A stretch of DNA of 64,000 bases from Botryllus schlosseri (lineage: Eukaryota). Shown piece after piece: positions 50,801-62,800 of this stretch. The first letter of the stretch is position 1; each line of letters starts with the position of its first letter. The stretch covers positions 12,774,001 through 12,838,000 of the forward strand of contig CM119371.1 in NCBI GenBank assembly GCA_051294905.1. Direction: 5' to 3'. The position numbers were made by a program, and so were the translations under genes. The notes below the pieces were generated by a model. The model had not been told where the DNA came from. It saw nothing but the letters and a program-made list of their open reading frames with translations, and did not search any database.

Positions 50801-53800
50801 CCCCGAGTCGTCGCTCGGTATCGTGTACAGTATATTAATATAGGCAATCACCTAATTGACATATGGGGTTTAAATTAGCAATATGACGTCACGTGACGTC
50901 ATGAGGTTCACGTTCGTGTTCACACAGAACCTTTAAAAAAGGTTCACGTTCACACGAACCTGAACCTTTCAGAGGTTCACACCATCCCTAGATTTACGGT
51001 GTCGCTCATATAAATGACTCATTACGGCTAACTTGGCCAACGCATTACAGTGACTCAATGTAGTGGGCAATAGACTCGAAAGATATTTGGACTTCTAGAG
51101 AGTATCATTTATCACATGCATTCATGTTAGCGCCAGTAAATTACACGTGTGTAAGATATACTGGAAGTGTCTAAAACAGTGATTTCCAACATTGTCGACC
51201 TCACGAGATTTCGAGTTTCGAGATTTCCAGGTCGACTTATTTGCTAATCAGCCCATGCTCATGATAATCACATAGACATGTCGAACAACTGTTGAGTTTT
51301 TCGGTAATTCGTTGCTACGCAACAAATCATAGAACCTTGAGGTGGAACGCGGTGAGAAAAATGCGTAGAACCACTGTTGTACATAGCTGAATACTACCAA
51401 ACGCCTTTATCCCAGCAAAAATTCCATCATTAGAAGTCAGCGTCCAAGTAACCGTTGTTAGAAGTCAATATAAATTAAGAACATGAGCAATACATCGGTC
51501 CTTCCAGGATTGCAAAATGGATGTACTCACGACACGTCCTTCAAAAAGTAATCTTCGAAAGAAGGTATCAACGGTGTTAATCCTATCAGGACGGAAAAAA
51601 GCCACGAGATCAACACCACCAATGTAGCCCGTTTGAACGTCGGTCGGTGGAGTGGTCTGAAATCATCGAATTCACTTATGAATAAAAGAAGTCATGAAAA
51701 CTTGACATAAATATACTACGCATTTAGTTAAATATCTCCGACGCCGTACGACTTATTCGCATGTACGAGTGCGCGTTGAAAAGGACGTAGGATTTATAAC
51801 CACGATACTATTCCATGTTAGGTTCTGTTCTCGTGCACCACCTTTTGGATGGGAATACACAATCTTTTCTTCAAGAGTGTTTATTCCGATCGAAATATGG
51901 AGAAAAGAAAGACATATTCTGACCGACTTCCGTCTTAACAAATAATTCAGCCTAGTGTACAGTGTACATGTTATTTGCAAACTGGTCCGTAATAATGAAT
52001 AGTTTTGGGCTTTTCATTCTAATCCATACCTCACAACAGCATTCAAACGATATTTCGTTATCAAAACCATCGTGAAAACAGATTGCTCAGAACCGATGAT
52101 CAGCAAGGCTCCCAAAATGGAACACGTGGTGCTTGTTCTCCATTCAATATCAACGTCGCAATATCTCCCTTCCACCTCAACGGCCTTCACGCATATGGAC
52201 ATGGTGTATATCTATTAATGCAAAATTGACGACGCCGTTGGCACGCACAATTTGAATTAAATATCATACCCCGACAAGTAAATCAGAAATGGATAAGCTC
52301 ATGATAAGCAATTTGTTGATGCTTGAATGCGAGGAGTTACCACGTCCGCTGGGTTTAACGATATGATGCATTGTTGAAGCAACTACTGTGGTACATCCAA
52401 TGATCGCGGTAATACCTGGAAAATACCGAAGGCACACGCAGGGCCGTAACTACCGCACCCCAAACCCCCCAGTCGGGGGGGGGGGTGCGAGCTCGAAGGG
52501 GGCCCCAAATTTTTTTGGTGAATTAGCATAAACAATAGAGTATTGTTTGAAACTTAATGCATCTTTTTCAAAAAAAAATTCGTGATTTCAAATTGCCAAA
52601 TGTTATGATTAGGGCGATTTTTTTTTACCTAAAAAACGAAATATTTTGACCTAAAAAATCTAAATTTTGACATTTTTTGACCTTAAAAAACTAAATTTTG
52701 ACCAAATTTTGACCTAACGTATGCAAATTAGGTGTTTCCCCAAAAATGTTAGTATTTTACGACTTATCCTCATTTCTGGTTTGAATTTTCGGTCCTTACG
52801 AAGTAGTTTTCCCTGAATTTCCCTGAATTTTTACATGACGAAATATTATTTTAACAAAATCTGGCCCTGTGATGAATTCCAGTACATGATGTACTATGGT
52901 GAAAATAATTAAAATTTGTTGTAATACAACGAAAGATACTTTCCTGCATTCTCGGCAGGGATATCTAGATATCTAGTTCTAGATGTCCCTGATTCTCGGG
53001 TAAAAAGTGTCTGTCTTTACTAAGTAGCTTGCCAAGGATGGAGATATGGCGAGATGGCGTAGTGGGATAATCCACAGCTACAACACCAATATGTTTTAGG
53101 TTCTAGTCCGACCGAGGTCGACTCCAGAATTCCTATGCAAGTGTTGAAGGTTTGTCTAGGTTCCTCCTTGTCATCTCATCCGCATAAGCGGTGTCTTACA
53201 CAAAGCATAGAAGTGGGCCGTGCTACAAGTCGGCAGATACTCGGCGGATACGGAATCGAAAATAAGGAATATCGGTCTGGTGTAAATGACCATTGTAGTC
53301 GACAAACACCATGAATATACAAACAACAACAGCAAGAAGAATGGAAAAATAACGTTCAACTGTAGCAGCTATTGGGTGGCAGCACTGTAGTTGTGCGTGC
53401 GTACACTGCTGGTGACAAACCGTGTTGCTTCATTCTGACAATGATGTACATCAGTGGTTCTCAACCGCCGGTCCGCGGACCGGTGCCGGTCCGCGACGAC
53501 ATTCCTGCCGGTCCGCCAGGTATTTTACAATTTCATACCTTAATTTCAAGATGCAATGTTGAAGGCTTGTCCATTGATAACATAAATACAGCATCAAATT
53601 TTAAGCAGATTCAGAACTTCGTGAGGTGAAATTAGGGCTGGAAACATGTTGGATTCGACCTAGAGTTCGAGACGTGTCATTTGACGACATGCGAGCGACA
53701 AGTACAGAACGGATACGAGATGACTCATCGCTAAACAGTGCAGTTTGTGCGATCATTCGGTTTCCATTCCATCATCTTGTGCATGATCGTAACTGGGGCA

Positions 53801-56800
53801 CCCCAAACCGCCAAATTGAAGAGGGCCGAGCTTGAAAAGGGCCCAAAATTATTTTGCAAATGAACATAAATCATATCGCATTTTTTTGAAACTTTTCCCA
53901 ACATTTTTCCAGTTTCTATTCGCGCTTTGCGCGATTCAGTGTCACTAAATGTCTCGCTTATTAGGAGCCCTTCTCCGATAAATACGCATGATTTATAAAA
54001 ATCGGGATTTCGGCGTCAGCCATTACCGCGCCACGACGTACCACCACATAATGAAGTTCAGGCTAACATGGGACTCCGAATGGTGCGCCAAAATTCGGCA
54101 GCGAGAAAACCGATTCAGTCATGAATGATCCAAAATTTTCGCTATTGGCGCGAGTAAGCTGCATAATCGGATGGTGTGGACGTGAGGTTCACGTTCGCGT
54201 TCTGTGTGTGAACCTCGTAAATTTAGATGTTCACGGTCCCAAACGAACCTTGGAAGGTTCTGCACTGTGAACCTTCTGCATATATTACAATTTTCACTTC
54301 ATCATAACATCTTTAATTGAAATTTATTGCATTTCAACTGCGGGCCCATCTATGTATGGCGCTGGAAGCATAAAAAATAAACATTAAATGAGGAATGAGC
54401 TTGAGCATGCTTTTGACAATTTCAAAAAGTTTTCTTGCTATGTTACAAAAGTTTGTTCAAAATATCCAGCTTTCCGTTTGTGAATGTTAAGTGATTCTTT
54501 ATGCTGTGCGCTTGAGCCCAAATGACTCAGCATCAAGAGTGAAATACACCACATGTTTGTTTCCATGTATTCATGGTGTGTGTCGACTACGATGGTCATT
54601 TACACCAGGGCAATTTTCCGCATTTCTATTTCTTAGCTGCCGACTTGTAGCACGGCCCAATTCTATACTTTTTAAGACACCTCTTACACGGATGAAATGG
54701 CGTGGAAGAGCCTATATAGATAAACCTCTAACACTTGGGCGGGAATTTTGGATTCGAACTTGGTGTTGCAGCCGTGGATTATACCACTATGCTATCTCGC
54801 CACAATACACTATATGTAGTCAACGAATGATGCTTTATCTGGTGTAAAAAATCTAGCATGTGTACGGGTCAATCTTGACTACATATGTTTATTGTATCAT
54901 AAAAACAAAATAGGTGCGATCGGGGTGTTGGCTACTACTGCATAACTTGTTAATTTGGTATTGGGTGATATCGGTAGCATAGAAAGAAACCCATCTCATA
55001 CTCTGCGCAATATCAACGTCGCAATACCGAGAAACCGAATACATATTGTCCGGTTTTGTCAAGACCTTTAGGACGTAAGCTGATATTCCCTTGCAAGTCC
55101 TTGTCGAAATTGTAGACAATACGACGGAAAATATTGATTTTATAGGATTATGATATCATTTGATTGCCCCAGTTAATATACATTTGGCAATTTTTAGAAC
55201 GTCAATATGTACTTCAGCATAGTGCAAATATGTTGCCCTAGTCGTCGCTAGGTATCGCGTTCATTAATATAGGCTCTCACTTCACTGAAATGAAGGGTTG
55301 GAACTGGCAATATGACGTCATGAGGTTCACGTTAGCGTTCACACAGAACCTTTCAAAAAAGTTTGCGTTCACACAAACCTGAACCTTTCAGAGTTTCACA
55401 CCATCCCTACTACATAAACTTTCTGCTTACACCGAGTAGAATGAATGTGCTCACAAGTAGGCCTACAGGCGAAAACATCCACCTAACTGTAGGGTATGCG
55501 GGCAAATCCCCCTGAAATTTGGCTTATCGCCCCGTGGGGGCCCAAAACCAACGTTTTGGGTGGTGGGCTCAGGCTGACGAAGTGCTTTTTCGGCCAGGAT
55601 TTGCGAATGGCCCGTATAGCTGCTGTAAGGCGTTTTCTTACGGTACGCGTTGTGCTCGTACTTGTCAAAGTAGCCTGCGTCTGGTGGCAGTGGACAATGA
55701 GCAAGGTAATACGGCAAGGTACTTGGTTCGACTCCGAAATGCTTCATCTTCTCTCAATAGTGTCAAAGAGAAGAATTATATCCGAGTTAGCGTGGTCGGG
55801 TAAACCCACGGCTTTCGGCGCGAAAAACTGTAAACGACTCTCGGTGGTAGTAAGTTTATCTGGACAAGGCAATGTTACCTTGACTCGGCAGACTGGCTAC
55901 CATAAAATCACATGAAGATAATTAATTACGATCAAAACCCTCTAAATGTCACTCTCTGACACCATATAATTGCAAAACAACCGGTTGCCTGCTTTACATT
56001 TTGGCTTCATTTTAATTTTGACAATTCACTGGTCCGCCAGACATTTTTTGAAATTTTACCGGTCCGCGAGGTGAAAAAGGTTGAGAACCACTGATGTACA
56101 TCTCAATTTTTGTAAGAACCATGCAATGCCCACGCAGTCTTGCTTCACTTAGAATATGGCGGTACGTTGAGCATAACACCGTGTCAACCTATTTGTTTCA
56201 TTTGACTGTTTATGATTCACAATGAGCAGTCAATGCGCCGTCTGCCACGGTAGGCCTATGAAGTAAGCTACAAACTATAAAATGTCAAACGATAAGTTCA
56301 CCGATTGCGCAAAATCTACGATACAAATAAAATGCAGGTTGCGAAATATTTTGATAATTTTGACATTTTTTGACCTAACGCTAAAATTTTGACCTTATTT
56401 TGACTTTTTTTGACATGTCAAAAAAAATCGCCCTAGTTATGATTATTGGGTATACTTTTCCCCCAAGGAAAAATACGCAAGAGTTAAAGGAATGGGCATA
56501 TGTGCGTTGGCCATTACCACGCCACGAAGCACCAAGACATATACAGTAACCATGTAACACACGACTCCAAGAAGTGTGCCAGAACGATCGGCAGCGCGAA
56601 ACATTGGCCGGAAAGGACTGCCCTTATGGTGAACGAAAACTTCGTTATATATACGAAATACAAATAGGTTTATTCGTCCATAGGCGCCTAAATGACTGGC
56701 GCCGAATGTTCCTGTCTTGGTAATCTGCACCTCAAAAGACAAATACCATCCCGCAGGGAAAAATTAGATGCCAGTGAAGAAATACCAATTTGGAATCGTG

Positions 56801-59800
56801 TGATCTTTTAGTTTAGTACGTTTGGGCTATTCTATATTTTTTGATATAGCAGACAGGAGGTCACGAAATAAAATCATGTAACGAAGTCATATACCAACGA
56901 GTCCGCCCGTCAAAAGATGTTTAATTATTATTTACGAGCTCTACCGTTTCAAAGACACCTCACTCAGCTCTACCGGTAAATCTGATTACGTGAGTAGAGA
57001 CGACAAGAAATTGATAGCAATATATATGCAATTCCCGATTCTATTGACCGATTTTATCATGAATTATAAAAAAAATTCGCGCTTGGCGCTGGCTAACTGA
57101 ACAGTACAGCTGTAATTTCGTGGCAAAAGCGAACAAAGTGATTGGGGGGGGGGTCGGTTTATCACCCTATGGTAGCCCAAGACTCTATTTTTTGGGGGGG
57201 CCTGAAGAAGAACTGTTTCGTTCCTGCCAACGGGTATACACCCAGACATGTTCAATTATTATTGAGGGGTTCTACCTTTTCAAGCACACCTTACTCAGCT
57301 CTACCGGTAAATCAGATTACGGGAGCAGAAATAGGATAAAAATTGATAGCAATATATAAGCAATACCGATCATATTGACCGATTCACTCGTGAATTATAG
57401 AAATTTCTTGCGCGTGGTGCGATTAAGCAAGCAAGGATGACTCACTAAACCAGGGGTGGGCAAACTTTTGAGATCGCAGGCCGCATTCAACATCTGAATC
57501 CATTCGCGGGCCGCACTATATAAAATTGGGATTATAAACCAAATCGCAATATTGGTATTTGATTATATAGTGAGGACTGGAAGATGTGCCAAACATTGCT
57601 TTTGATTATATTGTATACGCGTCAGAAAAGTAGTGGCGAGATTTTATAGGCTGGTCGACCTCAGTAATCAAAACTTTCGAGAAGAAAGTCGGTTGTCCCG
57701 TTTCTTAGAAAAGGATTTAAATTTAAATCTGTGAGCACTGATCAGCGATCTGTTTATTGATTTAATAATTCCACTTTTCGTTCAGTTCCAGGACACACAA
57801 TGCTGACAGCATGATACCGATGTTAGCTTCAAACACGCTTCTACTATGTGTAGATAAAATATGAAGACCCCAATTCTACGCATATATAAAGCGATTCTAC
57901 CTAAGACACGTGCTAATCGTTTTTTTTATAAGCATATCACTGAACTAATTAAAACTGGAGTGGCCAATCTGACTTCACACTCGTAAATCGAATTATGTCA
58001 ATCTCGTATTGGATTTCTGTGATGTTTAGCAGTCGAAACCTTTCAAACTTTGTTGGCCTTGAAATCGGGCTGTCGCTGCTGCCCCAGAAATAAAAAGTAA
58101 TATATGAAGTATCTAACCTAGAACACTGGTTCTCAAAGTTCTTAGGACACGCCCCCCTTACGATGGTGAAATATTAAGCATCCCTTATTATCGTCATATC
58201 ACAAAACGGGACCAGGATGCTAGCCAACCTAACGGATAGTTTGATGGCATGGAAGGTTACGACTGTGGATGAGAGATTTTTAAAAATGAAATTCAGACTA
58301 TATACAGAGTAATAACCGACAATCGGATGTAAATCGCGCGGAGCGCAAAAATTTATTTTAGTCAAGCTCAGCTTCGCACCCCCTTCAGATGCTTTCACAC
58401 CACCAAGGGGGCGTGTCCCCCCAGTTTGAGAACCACTTCCTTAGAATTATCATGGTGACTTATATTAAGAAAAAGTTTAATGAAGTCCCTGCATTATTTC
58501 GATTTTAAGTACGCATTTTATCAATACTTAAAAAAAGTTTCATTAGACTCTCGCGGGCCACAGAGAACGGTGTTGTGGGCCGCATGCAGCCTGCGAGCCG
58601 TAGTTTGCCCACCCCGGCACCAAACGGACACCCAATGTATTATCAGCGTCTTATCCACCGATTGAGTCATGAATTATATAAATTTCTCCCGCTTCGCGCG
58701 ATTAGGCAAGCAAAGCAAACTTACTAAACGGACCCCCAATGAAGTAACAGCGTATACCAAATGTAAACTGTGAATAGGGGATCCGGTTCGGTTTACCACC
58801 CTATGGGGCCCCGGGACCAACGTTTTTTGGGGGGAGCTGACGACGTGCTTTTACGGCCGTGGGCACACGAAAGTTTATTATGCTTCAGGTCCTAGATTGT
58901 ACTGAAAATTGAAAAACGCTGATTTCGAGATTTAATTCTATGCCTGTAAAAACTATACAAACATGCAAACGATATTTTGGATTCCATATCCTGATATAGA
59001 GATGAGATGGCCATTAAAATTTAATGCTTGATTCGTAGAACAGATATTTGGTGAAGGCAAATGAAACTTCTTTCGTGACCATCCAGGATTTTATTGGATA
59101 TCCGCATGTATAAATATTTATTTAAATATTGCATATTTTCTAGTTTGTTACTAGTTCACTTTTCACTATTATCAAAATAACTTTTCTCCATAATGGCGCT
59201 ATGCTGATTGGAGTAAAATATTTGAAATATACCGGTTGATAGTTCACTTACCCACAATTCACGAGCTTAAAATCATATACCCAATAATGCACGGTTACCA
59301 TATTTTGAGATCCGATAAAGAGGATACATTTTACAAGTTACAAAATGTATAATATCGGACGTGAATTCATATAACCTGGAAAATCCTATAAGATTGACTA
59401 AGAAAACGGGTTATTGTCCGAAAAACTCCCGAAAGACCTATTAGCGCATATTTCCGTATTTTACTTATCCAACCCTGCCAAACCAATATCCACATCTATT
59501 TTAACACTTTTTCCCGAAAAAGACGACAATATATAATAAAAGAGGACATTTGTGCGTCCGCGGAAGTCACTTTCGATTTCTTGAAAAAAGTAGACAAATC
59601 CTCATATAAGAGGACATCTGTATCCCTATTCCCTTCTGCCAGGATAATGTAATAGAGTGCAACCCCTTTGCATGGGAAGAACTTTATGTTCAAAAATCGT
59701 TGATTGGATAGGGATACGATTACATCCGGGTTGCAGTTAAGTCTGAATGTTCCTAGTCCCAAAGTCAATCATACTTTTGTAGTTTCAACTCGAGTCAACT

Positions 59801-62800
59801 CGTATCATTTCCAATTCATCCCCGTGTCAAGTCCGAGTCTGAGTCGGGTACAGAGGGTCGAGTCAGACTGCTGTTAAGACTCGTGTCCGAATTCACGTCA
59901 TTTTGCTCAGTATTCATTTTCGAGTTCAAGTAATATTCAAACCACGTGTTTAGAAATCTGATGTAGTGATACTGAATAACGATATGTTGCAAAATGAACA
60001 GATCGGTAATTTTCAGCTGGAGAGCCACTTATTTCAATTACCAATAGGTAGGCCTACCGATATAAGTCTATTGCTGTTTAGAGATGTGCTTTTGGCATTC
60101 GGGGAAATTAAAAAGTTGAAACAGAACGGTTGATCGGAGTATCCACTCATTGTTAACATTAGTAACTGAAAACTCGCAACTAAATCCATTTGACCCGTGA
60201 TATACATAACCACTTTACCAAAAAAACATTAAAGTTCTCAATTTTCGTTCCGTTTATGTAGCGAATACACCGAAAGGTGTAGTCGGAAGAGATACGAGAA
60301 ACTATTCAATTCGTCTCACCTATTCTTGTCGAATTAGATATACGGCTTCCGCTCATGTCAAATCAAAATCGCGGAGTTTCAAAACACGGCCACGTTATTC
60401 GACTAATGCAGCTGTACAATTCACTTAGGAATAACAAAAGTCTCCACAATATATGCATGTAGTACGATATTATTTTCCAGAACATTCAAATTTGTTTGAG
60501 GTTATCACTATAGCCTACAGTTTGTTTTTCTAGGAAAAGTGCGGGGTCCGTGGCGGATGATAAGGGGCCTGCTAAGAAAGAAATGATTGAGCCGTTGGCA
60601 TAATTCATAAATTTTAGAGCGGAGACTTACTGAATATCCATACAAGCACCATTACACCTTTGTTTCTAATCATCGACTTTTCATCAGAAAATGCACTAAT
60701 GATGCAACCTGGCTGACATTCATCTATTCCTGATCTACAGTCCTTGAATCCGTCGCATACCTTGAAAACATAAAGATCGATGTCATTTCGGACTAAGCCT
60801 TTTTTCATCAACGGCAGCTAGACAGATATGAATGAGCGGACAGCGGAGTGCTGTCATGATGAACGTTTCAAAGATGCAAAACATAAAAATGTATGCATGA
60901 TCAATTGAATGGCGGAGAAAGCAGACAGACTACAAATCTTAAGCTCGTGGGCTATACAACAGAACCTTTCGAATATCTCATATATATTAATTAGCCTAAT
61001 TGAAAAATATTTGTGAATAAATGCCAATTTTTGTTCAAACTTTTGTTAAAAATGTGTATAGCTTTCTCACGAATTTATTGCAACAAACAACTGCCCTACT
61101 GATGACGCTTTTCATCAACTAAAAATCGATATTGGAGATATTGATACACGATGCTAGCTGAAATACTATAATCCCGAAATGCTTGATCCTGTGAGGAAGC
61201 CTAAAGCCATTTGCTAAGAGTTACAGCCCGTCTGGGTCATTGCACGTCGGGATATTATGCCCATTCACATTAAAAGAGTTTCCCTAGGAACGCTGTTGTC
61301 ATCGCCGAAGCCTTCTCAACTTTTGCGGATTAGTCATGGCACAGAAAATAATATAGCTTGTGTCGAAGCCATAACAACTGAAATCCGTTACAGCATTTCA
61401 AAATGCTCTACTTAGCGTATTTCCGAAATCGGAAACAATATCGCGGGCCATCAAAATGAACTTATGCATATTGTTGATGTGAAGTGTCGACTGACTGTAA
61501 CGATTTTGTGCCCACCATACACCGTACAAACATATGAAGACATATCCAATCATATCTATAGCGACTGAAATGGCGACATTCATTAAAACGCGAAAATTAG
61601 TCACTGGTATTGATACCAAAAATTTAGTATCAATAACTTTAGCAGTCTTTCACCGCACTGCAATATGCACACGAGGAGGTATACCAGATTAGCAAGCGTA
61701 AACAGTACTCCTTTACATCATTGACTCCCAATGTTTTTCTGTCCGCGTTTAATTTCGAGTGTTATTATTGAGCTTATGTACCAATTGCTATATCGACCTC
61801 ATCAGCGGTTAGGTAAAAAGTGCATTTAGTCACTGTTTTAGTTTTATCACAAGGTAATTATACCGAGATAAGCTTGGCACAAATTGTATTGTATTGATAA
61901 TGTACGGCAAGGTGCTTATAGCCTTATGAGGCTTTGTGCTCCACGACAATGGCACGATGGCAATTTCAACAGCGCAATTGCAATTTACTCAGTTCAATGC
62001 ATTTTTTCATGACGACTTTATCTTGCACTCTCTCTTCCACGAATCAGTCTCTCTCTCTTCCATGCGCCTTTATTCATTCGATCATTGCTGCCGACTTTCA
62101 AGCTCGGCTCACTGTAGTTTCTGGGCTTTTCAAGTCACTGCAATCGCAGAGAGGTCGGCGTAGAGCCGAGACTCGAACCATCAACCATTGGTGTCGTGAC
62201 AGTGTCGATTTGCACACTGCGCCACTCGCTTCCCCTGCTTGGCACAAATGGTTTTTTGCGAAGGTATGATGACAAAATCCGGAACATCAAAGCGAGCGAA
62301 AGCGTGAAATTTGTTCAGGAACATGATATATTTGTTTAAAAAAAGAGCAGTTGCATTTACATTTGCTATAGCATGAGCTTTTGAGACTATATGAATCTGT
62401 GCTCTCCCGCGGTTCCACAATGATGAATGTCACTGAATGCCTGATCAACCTCTTCCACGGGCCGTAATTATGGAATCTGACGTAAAATGTTTGTGCCATT
62501 AATTCAAAACTACATTGGCGATTCCTAGTCTCTGGGAACTGGTAGCACCCCTTTCTCACTGGTAGTGTCTACTTTGGAAAGGTAAAACGTTGCTTAAATG
62601 CAAAGCAAATTATCAATTCTTATCAATAATTTTCCGATTCATAAATTATTTGTTCTGCTGAAGTCACTCGCGTTCAGCTATTAGTATGCATACCACAGTC
62701 TTGGCCTTACGACCAAAAATAGTATGAAAATAAAATTTGAACTTAACGTACTGTACGTGACTTCGGAGAATTATCCTCAAATCGTTTCATTGCATTACTG

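Larger units (their letters stand above)
52439..58861. mobile_element. Outer hAT MITE hosting a five-level nest
   Basis: cagggccgtaa / ttacggccgtg; perfect TSD ggcacacg. Nested: 52610-56435 (TSD gttatgat), 53452-56093 (TSD atgtacat), 54167-55409 (ctgcataa / ctacataa), 57451-58617 (cactaaac / caccaaac). Confidence 0.85.

Noticed and set aside
53048..53115. tRNA gene
   Set aside because: A/B boxes present but no full cloverleaf; continues into a repeated SINE body.
61525..61564. Possible extra GPCR exon (RYRYDWICLHMF)
   Set aside because: Phase-incompatible; 63391 joins 60760 directly to complete the LDLa module.
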